Source of the DNA: Octopus vulgaris
Lineage: Eukaryota
NCBI GenBank assembly: GCA_951406725.2
Contig: OX597835.1
Coordinates: 5,518,001 to 5,582,000, forward strand
DNA: 64,000 bases
Direction: 5' to 3'
How positions within the stretch are numbered: position 1 is the first letter of the stretch; each line of letters opens with the position of its first letter. Below the pieces are notes generated by a model, which was not told the DNA's origin, did not search any database, and saw nothing but the letters and a program-made list of their open reading frames with translations. Shown here piece after piece: positions 27,062-43,529 of this stretch. A program made the position numbers and the translations under genes.

Positions 27062-27385
27062 AGGGCATCGAGCTGGCATATTTGTTAGCATGCCGGACAA
27101 AATGCTTAACGGTATTTTGTTCGTCTTTATACGCTGAGTTCAAATTCTGGAGAAGTCGCCTTTGCTTTCCATCCTTTCGGAGTCGATAAAAATAAGTCGC
27201 AGTTGAACACCAGTCTGTAAAATTGCTGGCCTTGTGCCATAATTTGAAACCAGTATTTCATTTCTGACAGGTGGCAAGCAGGCAGAACCAATAGCACATT
27301 GCGCAGAATGCTTAACGCCGCTTCGTCCGTCTTAACGTTCTGAGTTCAATTTCCGTTAAGGTTGACTTTGCCTTTTATCTTTTGG
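27062..27385 (+). mobile_element. Two tandem diverged SINE family 1 copies
   Basis: Head/B-box/Nin-like motifs repeated at about 27062 and 27270. Confidence 0.75.
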
Positions 27386-28184
27386 TGGTGAAACATATTT
27401 CATCCCCGACATCTCAGATCTTTCCGATAAACTACGAATGACACCTATTTCCACTGATCTTTAATTCCGTTTAAAGGATACACCTTTGAAAATGGTTTTG
27501 TTTCATTGGTCCTTTCAACTAACGGTCTTAAGCACGAAATGAACAAAATAAATTCAGTATAAATTCTTCCTATTGTAAAATCGAAGAAAACCTTAAATCG
27601 AAGGACAGATTCCAAATACATATGGTAAATAATCATATGCGAAATGTAAGTCAATTAATACATTAAAATTAAGATGAAACATTTTCACGCTGTATTACAT
27701 AAATATTTTTTCAGCGGTATATACGTATCTGTGGTACATTAGTGCGCGTGGCCTAGTGGCTACAGTGTTTCGATTCTCTGATCGGGTGGTGCGGTGTGCT
27801 TTTGAGCAAAACACATCATTTCAGGTGGCTCTAGTGCATTCCTGCGTAAATAACTAACTCTGAGACTGATTGGCAACCCGTTCAAGACTGAATGTTGTGA
27901 TCTCGGTCACTTCTAAGCCAAGGAAGCTGGCTTTCTAGCCTTATGAGTCTGGGGACTCGCGACAGAAATTATTTCCTTATAATCTTGTTTAATAAACTAA
28001 CAGCTGAATATTTGCTAAGTCGCTTTCATCCGTCTAACACTGATCCAAATTCTTACTTTGAAACTTAATAATACTCTTAACTTTAAATTCTATTTCTGAA
28101 AATTAATAAATATCTGATTTTTTATTTTAAATATTTCAGCTTTGTAGTTCTTCAGTAAAATATTTGAAAGGTTATTTTCCCTGG

Positions 28185-28502
28185 CACTGCATCAGTCACG
28201 ACGACAAGGAAACCAGTTGGTCCGATCAACGGAACAACCTCTTCGTGAAACCAACGTGCATGTGGCTGAGCACTTCACAGAAACGTTCCCTCTTAACGTA
28301 GTACTTGCGGAGATTCTGCCTGACACAAAATGGGACAAGACTGGCCCTTTGTAATACAGGTACTCTTCATATTTGCCAGCTGAGTGGACTGGAGCAACAT
28401 GAAGTAAAATATCTTTCTCAAGCACACAACGCGTCACTGGGAATTGAACTCACGACCTTAAAATCGTGAGCCGAATACCCAACCACTAAGCCAGGCGCCT
28501 CC
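28185..28502 (-). mobile_element. SINE family 4 (tRNA head, CORE-like domain)
   Basis: Minus strand GGAGGCGCCTGGCTTAGTGGTT...GAGTTCAATTCCC...TTGTGTGCTTGAGAAAG...GCTCCAGTCCACTCAGCTG. A diverged relative lies at about 27742-27965 on the plus strand. Confidence 0.75.
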
Positions 28503-29037
28503 ATTTACGGTTACTTTATTCTAAATAATTCTACTCTCCCTTACACTTCCTTTTGAATTTTTTGCTTCTATATAATTTTCTTTCTTCTCTTCTATTTATT
28601 TATTTATTTATTCATTTATCTATCTATCTATTTATTAATTTATTTATGTATTTACTTACTTACATATTTGTTTATTTCCTTACGATATGGGTTTCTCAAC
28701 ACGTTTCAATCTTAAATATTCATTTTTATAGTCGTACCTTTTACATTTCCCTTCGTTGTTTCCTAATACCCTATAAAACTTTAACACTATTTTCTCCATA
28801 AGAGCTGTATTAGAATTCTGTTTCCCTTTGATCCAGTATTGAAGATTTCCCACTTCGTTCACATTTACCGTTGTTCATTCTACCTTTTTTTACTTTACAT
28901 TTTCTAAGGTCGTTTATAAAACTACTTTTATACACGAATCGTGTCATTTTATGTGCTTACGTGGGTTTTAGCCTTGAGGGATATTGAAAGGATTTCTTAC
29001 ACTTTTGTCATCTAATGTATACTTTCGTATAACTGGA

Positions 29038-29112
<75 letters not shown>

Positions 29113-29119
29113 GTGTGTG

Positions 29120-29171
<52 letters not shown>

Positions 29172-29249
29172 TATATATATGCACATATATATATACAGAC
29201 GATGCACATACGTGTGCGTTTGTGCGTGTTTGTATGTTCAGTTTGACTC

Positions 29250-29324
<75 letters not shown>

Positions 29325-29785
29325 ACATACATACATACATTGATTACCTTTAGAATTTAAAAAATTCAGGGAAGAAAATAAGGATACATCAACAAATTGG
29401 AGAACATAAGCAAACAAAAATTGTATTAGAAACCTCAGAACACTAACATACGGGCTCCATTGGTTGCACGCAACCTGTTTGTGTTACTCTTGTTTTTGTT
29501 TGTTTTTTTTCCACAAATTTTTATAATGTAAAGGCAATATCACATCAACTACAAAATTTTGAAAGTTGTTGCTTTTAAGTTCTACAACAAAATTTGGGGC
29601 TGCTGCTGCTGCTAATTCTAGCATTGGGCTACCCAAAATGGCAGAATCTAAGTAAATATACATTTCTTCGATTGTAAGCTGCTGATAATAGGCCTTCACG
29701 CTCGAAATATAAAGTTTTTTTTTAAAAAAACATTCTACATTATTAGAAGCTTTCCTTATTCTTCATTTCATTCATATATATATGA

Positions 29786-30100
29786 AAGCACAGGTGTGTC
29801 TGTCTGTATGGCAAAAAGCTTCCCGACAATATGGTTTCGGGTTCAGTCCCACTGCGTGGCACCACGGGCGAGTGTCTTCTACTATAGTATCGGGCCGACC
29901 AAAGCCTTGCGAGTGGATTGGTAAGTGGAAACTTAAAGAAGCCCGTCGTATATGCGTGTGTATCTGTGTGTATCTATGTGTGTGTATCTTTTTGTCTTTG
30001 TTCTCCCTATCAGCTTTTGACAACTGGTTTTGGTGTGTTTAACTCCTCGTAAGCTAGCAGTTCGGCAAAAGTGACCGATAGAATAAGTACTGGGCTTAAA
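29786..30100 (+). mobile_element. SINE family 2
   Basis: Matches head, CORE-like segment, microsatellite and part of the tail. Confidence 0.85.
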
Positions 30101-30223
30101 ATTCTTGCTTAAGTCTCCACCAATCTTTTATCGGGCGCACAGGCCACTAATAACATCACGGAATGCATGATGGCTGCCATACAGTATTCCGATAATTAGG
30201 TTGGAAGGTTTTTTTTCCAGAAT

Positions 30224-30451
30224 TCTTTTATTCTTTTATTCTTTTATCTGTTCCAGTCATTTGACTGGTGCCATGCTGGAGCACTGCTTTTTAGTCGAAC
30301 AAATCGACCCCAGGACTTATTCTTTGTAAGTCTAGCACTTATTCTATCGGTCTCTTTTGCCGAACCGCTAAGCTACGTGAACGTAAACACACTGACATCG
30401 ATCGGTTGTAAAGAGACGGTGGGAGGACAAACATAGATACACAAACATACA

Positions 30452-30505
<54 letters not shown>

Positions 30506-30719
30506 ATATGATATAATATAATATAATATAAATAATTAAGATATATATATATACATGACGGGCTTCTTTCAGTTTCTGTCTACCAAATCCACTCACAAGG
30601 CTTTGGTCGGCCCAAGGCTATATAGTAGAAGACACTTGCCCAAGGTGCCACGCAATGGGACTAAACCCAGAACCAAGTGGTTGGTAAGCAAGCTGCTTAC
30701 CACACAGCCACTACTGCGC
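30224..30719 (-). mobile_element. SINE family 2, full length
   Basis: Complete reverse-complement copy with a (TTCTTTTA)n tail repeat. Confidence 0.92.
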
Positions 30720-31619
30720 CCACAATTATTCAGAATTTCTTGTAATATTCGCATGTAAACGTCATGAAATAATTCCTGCCAGGTCTGGTAAGTATCCGAG
30801 CTCTGAGATGTTTCATATACAGCCTTGTCTCTACACTTGCTCTGAAGACGTTTTTCAGGTCAGTTGATAGCCATGAGTGCCATCTCTCTCTCTCTCTCTC
30901 TTTCTTTTTTTCTCTTTCTTATTTTCTCTCTACTATCTTTCTCTCTCTCCTCTTCTCTCTCTTTCTCTCTCCCCTTCTGTCTCTCAGTCCTTCCCTTTTA
31001 CTCTCTCGCTCTCTCTCTCTCTCGTTCTCTCTCTCATTCTCTTTCTCTCTTAACCTGCTTTCCCCTTCAATGATAATTCGATAGCTAAGAGTTCCAGCTG
31101 ACATCCATGCACACATACACGTATACACCTACATAATCACCCCCACACACACTCTTTCTCTCTTTCCCTCTCTCCCCCTCTCTCTTTTACTCTCTTAATC
31201 TCTATCTCTCTTTCATACACGCAATATGCACACGCACACACAAGTAAATGTACCCACAGACGATGCACATACGTGTGCGCTTGTGTGTTCAGCGTGACTC
31301 TGTGTATATAGCCTATTAGTGTTTATTTACATACATGTGTGTGTCTGTAAACATGTGTGTGTATGTTTGTGTGAGTGTGTGTGTTTTCATGAGTGTGTGT
31401 GTGTGTATTTTGTTGCTGTCATCTTTGTACATTTTCCCCTAAATGGTCTTTTACCTGCCATTCTGGAAATTGCTTTCTTAATTAAAAACCAAAATGATTA
31501 TAAAAATTTTTTCGTAATATTTTTCACGCGAGAGTGTTTAAACACAATTTTGAATTTCACCCGGCGACAAACCAATTTTGAAAGCATCTTCTCGCTTTCC
31601 CTTAAAACTCTATATTACT

Positions 31620-32968
<1,349 letters not shown>

Positions 32969-33267
32969 ATCTTTCTATTACTCTCTCCTTATGAACCTTA
33001 CGATGCGTGTTCATATTTATCTGTTGTTTTATTTAGTTACTTGTTTACTTTTATAGTTTGTTTTCATCATTTATTGATATTTTTTTTTCCTTTCACCTTA
33101 TATCATTACATAACTTCTTACTCATTCCCTGCGGCTGAGTTTCTAATCATTAGATTTGCCTTCTTCATCTATCGCCAAACACTTAGCTCTCCAAGACTGT
33201 GTTACAGACTTTCTTTTTCCATTTTATTTAGTTATTTATTTATTCCCAACAATCCGGTTGTAAATTC

Positions 33268-33382
<115 letters not shown>

Positions 33383-33502
33383 ATAGTTTCGCCCACATTA
33401 TGTTCCACCTTGTTTAAACCCAAATTTTCGAAATCTCTCCCTCCATTTTGTATGTAAATACATTTTCTTATCACTCTCCCCCCCTCTCTCTCCATGTCTC
33501 TG

Positions 33503-33581
<79 letters not shown>

Positions 33582-33672
33582 ATATATATATATATATATA
33601 CATATATATATACATATATACACATATATATGTTTGTGTGTGTGTATGGATACATAATATGTAAATGTATAT

Positions 33673-33716
<44 letters not shown>

Positions 33717-34975
33717 GTATATATATATGCATACATACACATACACATGATTTTAGTCCGTTAGCTTATATAATATATTCCTTGTCCTTCTAGATTGGTT
33801 TCCTCCGAGGATTCGAAAGATGACCAATATATAAGAAAACGTTTCATAAATCTACCTTCACTCTGGCTTTTAACTTTGGTTTCCGGTTAAACTGTTTCAT
33901 CTGGTTTCTCTTCTCTCTCACTTTCTCCTTCTCTTTGATACATCCACTCTCTTTCTCTCCCTTCTCTGTCTGTCTGTCTATCTCTCTCTTCTCTCAGTGT
34001 CGAATATTTTGTTGATGTGAGCATTCCAGCTTAAGCTTATGTGGACAACAATAGCTGCAACCAAGTCTCTGACACAATTTGATGTACGAGAAAAAATCCA
34101 GAAGGATGAGAGTATGGTTGTTCATATATATGCATCTATGTGTGTGTTGCGTGTGTGTGGGGAACGGTGTCTGTGTGTGTCTGTGTCTGTGTGAATCTGT
34201 TTTAGAACTGAATGAGCTCAATTTTCTCTCATATAGACGCATAATGGTTTATTATTTTATTTTATTTTATATCCTGTCCGTCGCATGGCAGCTTTTTGAT
34301 AGCGTTGGAGTTTTATCCAGGCGCATACTCCCCTGGTAATTACAAGAGCTTAGAGTCAACTTCAAATATTTCCTCTATCTATAAATAGAAAAATTCTTGA
34401 TTGTCTCCACTGAACTTAATAGAAAACCTCCTCCCCATTGGTAAATCTAAATAACAAAGTGAACTCAGTGATAAAAAATCCGCCCATGAATTAAGATCCT
34501 CTACTACCATGTTTTTATTGATGGTACATCTCATTGACAAGTCAAAAAATTCAAAACATCGATGTCTGAGATTCCTGAGAGATGGCAACACTGAACGAAC
34601 TGGGTGTTTGCACACATTTCTACCATAAGAGAGATTTTGTCTACATGGAAGCTGCACTGTATTTGCCTTTAGCAGTTGAAATATGCGACAAATATATTTC
34701 AACTAATCTAAATTCTGCTCATACCTAAACACTTTTTGCGCCTATGCTCCGTTAATATATATAAAGATATAGGGGTTTAGTTCACGGGAGGATCTAAACG
34801 GTTAGGTTTGCTGCGTAAGTGCCTGTAACTGATTACAAAGGTTCCAAGCTCATAACCGCGATAGGCGCTCTGAAACTATTATGTATATACAGCGGATATA
34901 AGTATGTTAAAAAGGAAAACACACACAAAGTCATATGTGCTATTGTTATTAAATATCATTAAGCAATTTTGTAAA

Positions 34976-35034
34976 GTCTTACAGCTGTTTCTGGGATATC
35001 ACAAAAACACGTGGAATATCACATCATCGGAGAC
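34976..35034 (-). ncRNA. Minimal hammerhead ribozyme motif (U4->C core variant)
   Basis: GTCT-CCGATGA-TGTGATATT...GATATCCCA-GAAAC-AGCT-GTA-AGAC on the minus strand; all three stems form. Confidence 0.75.
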
Positions 35035-35580
35035 ATATGGTGAGAAAGTGAGAGGGAATAGATTGCGGAAACGATGAAGAGATGTAGGAAAAAGAGAAAA
35101 AGAAAAAATATATATAAAAAAAGTTCAGTTTAAGTTTCCGATGGTGCCGGAGCTAATCCATGAGCCTTTAGGCACAATGCAATGTGAATCTAGAAGGTAC
35201 CTTTATTACTTTATTTATCTTCATCTTTCTGTTAATATTGTTCATTATATTTTTACATTTTTATATGCTTCGGCAATGCCATGTCAACTACTTCCTTCTC
35301 TGTAAATCTGACCACACTTTCTAGGTACTCTTCTTCTTTCTCCTTTTCCTTCAATAACCTCTACCGCTCCATTAGATACCTCTCTCGCTCTTTTTACTTA
35401 AGTCTCTCTTTAGCCAATTTCTACTATGTCACACTATCACTCTATTATGAACCTGCGACATGGAAGTATTCTTCCTGAACATCTACATTATGAGGAATAT
35501 CATTTTATCTAGATCCACATTGGATTGTACCTGAAGACTCATAGATTAGCACCTGCACTATCGGAAAAAACTTAAACTGA

Positions 35581-35654
<74 letters not shown>

Positions 35655-35722
35655 CCTTTTCTCTTTTTCCTACATCCCTCCATCGTTTCCGTAATCTATA
35701 CCCTCCCAATTTCTCACCATCT

Positions 35723-35780
35723 GTCTCCGATGATGGAATATTTCATATGTTTTGGGGATACTCAAGAAACAGCTGTAAGA
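35723..35780 (+). ncRNA. Minimal hammerhead ribozyme motif, inverted copy of 34976-35034
   Basis: GTCT-CCGATGA-TGGAATATTT...GGGATACTCAA-GAAAC-AGCT-GTA-AGA; stem II is more decayed than in the partner copy. Confidence 0.7.
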
Positions 35781-35803
35781 ATTGAAAAATTGCTTAATAA
35801 TTT

Positions 35804-35861
<58 letters not shown>

Positions 35862-35926
35862 TAATAATAATAATGATAACATATCTGCCTTGAGTTGTCC
35901 TGTCTTGGTATTTGTTTTCCTTTTTA

Positions 35927-36002
<76 letters not shown>

Positions 36003-36214
36003 AAATATATGTATATATATATATATATATGACCATTCCGAAATATAACAATATATATATGTATATATATATATATATACTTATATATAAATACATATGT
36101 ATGCATTCGTATATATATACACGGCAATCATATGTAAGCAAACACACATATGTATGTATGTATTTATGTATATAATATGTATATATGCATGTTTGTATAT
36201 GTGTTTATGTGTGC

Positions 36215-36254
<40 letters not shown>

Positions 36255-37046
36255 CAGTTTTATAGCATTTATTTCGTATGAGCTTTTCTGTATATTTTGA
36301 ATTTGCAATGTACTGAAGATCGTCAATTTGAAATTGCAATACCAAATTTGGTAATCGTTTCGTAGAACTCCTCTCAAAGATTAAGAAATAGCCACGACTA
36401 CCATAATTATAATTATCAAATAATAATTATATTCCAAAATCATTATTATTATTAACAGAAGCTATCCGAATTAACAGTTCTTTTCCAACATTCCTCATAT
36501 ATAAATGAAACAATATATAAAAGCAATTTTGGGAAGTTATTCCATGTAAAAATTTTGGAAAACAACAACGGGATTTCTCCGAAGACATAACATGCTCCGA
36601 GCCAACTTTGGTAAAATGTTAAATGAGTGTAAATTATTTTTCTTAATTTATTCAACAGAGCTTACAGACTTCTGTGACGAAATGAAAATTGCCAAATGGA
36701 ATAAGTCTAATGGCCTTTTTACATGTTTTAGCTTTAATTCAAACGTTCTGTTAATGTTGGGAGTGGTTGAGCCGTATGTGGTTTACGATTCCTTAGTTGG
36801 TGCATGCCAAACTGTTTAACCATTCCAGATTGTTCCTCCTTTAGCTCCACCTTCATCCAGATCTTTGTCGATAAATTTATAGATTTATGTTCCGATTATT
36901 TGGAAAACTCAATGGAATTTGAATTTAGTATTACACCGGGGAGGTAGGCGGAAGGTGGCTTCGCTACATCTTATGACCGTATATTTGCTGACAACCCACT
37001 GAAAATATTGTCGCATATAATCCTTCCTAAAACTTAGATGTAGTTA

Positions 37047-37100
<54 letters not shown>

Positions 37101-37188
37101 CAGCAGCAGCAGCAGCAGTAGCATTAGCATTAGCAGCAGTAACAGCAGCAGTAGTAGTAGTAGCAGCAGCAACAGCAGCAGCAGTAGC

Positions 37189-37240
<52 letters not shown>

Positions 37241-37267
37241 TGTGTAGTAGTAGTAGTAGTAGTAGGT

Positions 37268-37312
<45 letters not shown>

Positions 37313-37858
37313 ATGCAAGGGATTTTGTAACTAGGTTGAGGCTAAACCACGGTCTTTTTTTAAATACGAAATCAGTTTCCGGTTGTCCGTGGGAAGGAAC
37401 TCGAAATGGTCCTTATTTTAAATCTCTCAACAAGGTTGTCATTTATCGAGTGTCTGATCACTTGGTTCCTATCTGCTTCATCAGCTATCTTACTCTTTTT
37501 GTTTTTAATTTTTTTATTTCATTTTTTCTTGAAAACTTTTTTACGAACAGCACTACTCACGCAGAAAGATAGTCTTAGGTAGACAGGCAGAAGGACAGAC
37601 AGACAAATGGATAGATAGACAGATGGACAGATAGCGATAAAATATAAATTTATACAAACTGATACAATTGGGTTAAATTTTAAGAGGATTATCTACATCA
37701 TTAACAGAAGAGTCCGGTATTTTCCAACGTGCAGTATGGGTAAATTGAACAAGGAGAGTAAGATAGAAGGGAAGAAAATTGCAGTAAAGTTTGAATTGAA
37801 GTAGATCTTCGCCTGACTACACACACACACACACACATAAACATATATATATACTGCA

Positions 37859-38009
37859 ATAGCGGTTCGGCAAAAAGCAACCGATAGAATAAGTACTGGG
37901 CTTACAAAGAATAAGTCCCAGGGTCGATTTACTCGACTAAAGGCGGTGCTCCAACATGGCCGCAGTCAAATGACTGAAACATGTAAAAGAGTAAAAGAGT
38001 AAAAGAGTA
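37859..38009 (+). mobile_element. SINE family 2 3' half
   Basis: AGCGGTTCGGCAAAA...GACTGAAAC...(GTAAAAGA)3. Confidence 0.85.
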
Positions 38010-38203
38010 TATGGATTCGTAGAATTGTGCAGCTCTCAAACATAAATCTATTATACGCTGAAATTATTATTAATTGGTGAGGGCTGCTAAACGTTCGTAA
38101 TTCCAAGGATAACAACTGGTTAAATAAATATATGACTTTCTATGGTTTGTGGGCGTGACACGAACATCAGCCCAGAATTAAGTGCAAAAGCACGCATCAA
38201 ACC

Positions 38204-38317
<114 letters not shown>

Positions 38318-38368
38318 ATGTGTATGTATGTGTGTATGTATATATATATGTGTATCATATATACATAT

Positions 38369-38429
<61 letters not shown>

Positions 38430-38807
38430 AATTGAGATAGGGTTTGTAAGTGCAACCCTCCATGGGATAACATATATCCAATATACTGCTAGTGAAGTAC
38501 CCAACAAAGTAATACATAAATGTTAAGAATTGCGATGCAGTTAATTCATTTACTGTATTATATGGGCAAAGGTAAAATGTTTTACCACAAATTAATAATA
38601 CAAAATAAGAAAATGGAGAAACACATCTTAATCAATGATCAACTACCAGATAATACCCAATCACATAATTTATTAAACCACTACATATGAACATTAAGTT
38701 CAAACATAATAATAGAACAAAACAGTGTACAGGAAAGTGTAATATGATACAATAAGTACAGTATGTATAAGTGAATATAAATAAATACAAATATAAATAT
38801 AAACTAC

Positions 38808-38934
38808 ATCTTACAGCTGTTTCGGCCATGCAGATATGGGTGTCTCATTATGCTTATATTAGCCATATGTGATAGGTCAATATGTAGTTATAAATAAGAC
38901 ACTTACAAAAATATCCCGAGGCCTCTTCAGAGAT
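38808..38934 (-). ncRNA. Type-I hammerhead ribozyme with canonical core, in a PLE-like terminal repeat
   Basis: Minus strand reads ATCT-CTGAAGA-GGCC-(92 nt, itself pairing GGATAT/ATATCT and GTGTCTTA/TGAGACAC)-GGCC-GAAAC-AGCT-GTA-AGAT. This gives stem I ATCT/AGAT, core CUGAnGA and GAAA, palindromic stem III ACAGCUGU and a GUA cleavage triplet. AATAAA lies on the same strand at 38669-38674. Confidence 0.85.
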
Positions 38935-39254
38935 TATGAAATACAAACTAAATTAAATATGAATATCAGAGGAGGGACACCTATACAAGAGTGGGTACGT
39001 ACCCATAATATATAATATACACATACATATGAGAGCATATGAAAAGCCTTTTATCCAGTCCTTCATTATATAATTACGAACAAAACGACCCTCCCTACAT
39101 CCAATGGACGGTGCTGAGTTGTCAAACATTTAAAACTAATTTTCTCAAAACAACTTGTCCGACCGTCCCATAGGCCTCTCCGTTGAGAAACACTGATTTA
39201 ACCTGAATTTTAGGACACCAGCAAAAGAAGAAATAAAAATAGACTTTTTTCAAT

Positions 39255-39450
39255 TGCAAAGAAAAACGATTTTATTCACTTTATTGTTTGCATTCTTACC
39301 TGGAATCGAATTTTGCAATTTTTTCAAGACTTATAGTTGCCCTGATACTGTCGGTATCTACATATCAAATTTGAGCGCAAGCGGATGGAGGATGCCCGAG
39401 ATCCTAGAAGACACGCACACAGACAGAGAGAACGGATTTTATATAATAGA
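39255..39450 (-). mobile_element. Helitron-like 5' end
   Basis: Minus strand A|TCTATTATATAAAATCCGTTCTCTCTGTCTGTGTG...CTCAAATTTGATATGTAGAT has a 5'-TC after A, a short microsatellite and an AAATTT motif typical of non-autonomous Helitrons. Confidence 0.5.
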
Positions 39451-40111
39451 TGATAACATTAACCGACTTGTTTTTTTCCCTATTTTAATACGGCAGCATC
39501 TGAATTGAGGGTTATGTGGTCGCCAGTTCCACCAATTCCAACAACCACTAAGAAGCATCGTACTCGGTTCGTTGTCAGGAATGTGTTTTCGTTATTACTG
39601 TTGTTTTAACATGAGGTTTAACACTTACTTAACAGAACTATGATTAAAGGAGTTCCAACCGTGAGCCTCCTCTGTTTTTCTTTGTGTTTAAGCATATGTT
39701 GCTAAATTTATCATCAGTTTATCTATGGCGCTAGTGGACGATCGGAAGCTGTTATTTGGCTGTTATATTCCAAGCTGCCCAAAGAACCGCTCTATACACT
39801 TCTTCGACTCGCTGCGAAGAATGTAATTTTAATTTGTCCTGTTTGTGTAGTTTCACAGTTTATACCAAACATGCATTGTTGCAGCAAATTCTTCTTGATG
39901 CCAACCAAATTCTTTGCATCACTGCTTCGACAATCCTTCTCTTCTTTGATGCAATAAATATCCTAAATCACCCAAAAGCTCATTTTTAATCAAAAAACAA
40001 CATGTCAGTATGCTCCCAGAATTCCAAAACTTTTTCCTGTAGCCATCGTGGCTAAGGTCACACTGGAGCACCGCCCTCACTGTAATTCTTTAAAGCTGTT
40101 GTTTTTCCATA

Positions 40112-42085
<1,974 letters not shown>

Positions 42086-42752
42086 GTTTTTGATGTTGTT
42101 TTCCTCTCTTGTATTCCTTTGAGCCAACTTTAAGCCAGTTTCTTCTCCGTCAATTCTAAAAGGAACCAAACATCATGGTCACAGGATGTGAATCAACAAG
42201 GGAATATCCATGTAGCAGTCGCACGTTCTGCTGAGAATAGCAGCCAAAATACCTTTTCGAATCACGCTGCATAATCCCCACCACCACCACCACTATCGCC
42301 ATCATCACCATCATCATCATCATCATTGTTATTATTTACCCCTGCCTCGAATCTTAGGGCTCAGAGGACCAGTTACCCGGTCTCCAAGTGGTCGAGATCA
42401 CATTTACCCCGAACGGGAGACCGGTCAATCCTTTAAGTTACTCGTTTACTGGAACAAAGTAAAAGGAAATGTTTGTTCCTGAGCACAAGGAATCGCCGGG
42501 AACGGAGAGCACGATTTTACGATCGTGACCGAAGTACACTAACCACTAGGCCGCGAAACTTGCCATATAAAAATGAACAAGATAAGCCTCATAAAGGACC
42601 CGACTCCTAAATATTTAGGTGTAACGTGTGATGGCCTAGATGGTTAGGGAGTTGTGGCAAAGATTGTTGGTTCATGAGTTCGATCCTCGTACCATGAAGT
42701 GTTGAACCTTTGAACAAGACACCTCGGATGTTTGTGGTATTCGTCACAATAA

Positions 42753-42982
42753 GGCGGCGAGCTGGCAGAAACGTTAGCATGCCGGGCGAAATGCTTAGCG
42801 GTATTTCGTCTGCTTTACGTTGTGAGTTCAAATTCCGCCGATGTCGACTTTGCCTTTCATCCTTTCGGGGTCGATAAATTAAGTACCAGTTACGCACTGG
42901 CGTAGATGTAATCGACTTAAAATATATGTCTGTCCTTGTTTGTCCCCTCTGTGTTTAGCCCCTTGTGGGTAATAAAGAAATA
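42753..42982 (+). mobile_element. SINE family 1, full length with TSD
   Basis: Near-consensus copy; TSD GGTATTCGTCAC. Inserted in or next to an older SINE head at about 42620-42735. Confidence 0.95.
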
Positions 42983-43313
42983 GGTATTCGTCACTGCTTA
43001 CAATTATCTTTAAAAAAATTATTTTTAATGTGTCATATAGATTTAAATTTTGACGCTGAATCCGAATTTGTTATTCATTTATCCGACAAAAATTTTGCAA
43101 AAATGTTACAGGTGTTCAAAGTTTGATAATTTTCAGAATTTTCAGCCAATCAGAAAACAGCGCGTTCGCTGCCTCTTCTGTCATCAGGAAGCGGGGGTGA
43201 GGGTGGGGGGGGGGGGCATCGGCATGTCAAAACATGTCAAAACTAAAATTGTTGAGTGTGAGTTCCATCTGTCATGAAAACAAACAATTATAGAACAAGT
43301 GGTGGTTACACTC

Positions 43314-43462
43314 TAACTTATCGGTTCGGCAAAAGAAACCGATAGAATAAGTACTAGGCTTACAAAGAATAAGTCATGGGGACGATTTGCTCGACTAAAA
43401 AGCGGTGCTCCAGCATGGCCACTGTCAAAGGCCTGAAACAAGGAAAAGACTAAAAGAATACA
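43314..43462 (+). mobile_element. SINE family 2 3' half
   Basis: Same tail motifs as 37859-38009. Confidence 0.82.
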
Positions 43463-43463
43463 A

Positions 43464-43529
<66 letters not shown>

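Larger units (their letters stand above)
34950..35805. repeat. Long inverted repeat (about 245-bp arms, about 310-bp spacer) with a hammerhead in each arm
   Basis: 34950-35192 versus 35508-35805; the right arm has an expanded (CA)n(TA)n. Confidence 0.88.

Noticed and set aside
30800-30865. Possible eroded hammerhead on the minus strand (also weak candidates near 21560, 33800 and 41545)
   Set aside because: Needs too many substitutions, and the stems are not properly adjacent to the core.
29484-31465. Possible minus-strand gene start ATGGCAG|gtaaaa (about 31456-31462) spliced to the 29484-29699 ORF
   Set aside because: Frame compatibility is a one-in-three chance; no homology and no further exons.
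36480-36860. Weak piggyBac-transposase-like words on the minus strand (GGTIW, KHVKRPLDLFHL, IAFIYCFIYI*G)
   Set aside because: Similarity is too faint to call without a profile search.
43193-43216. G-quadruplex-like G-runs
   Set aside because: Isolated poly-G tract with no functional context.
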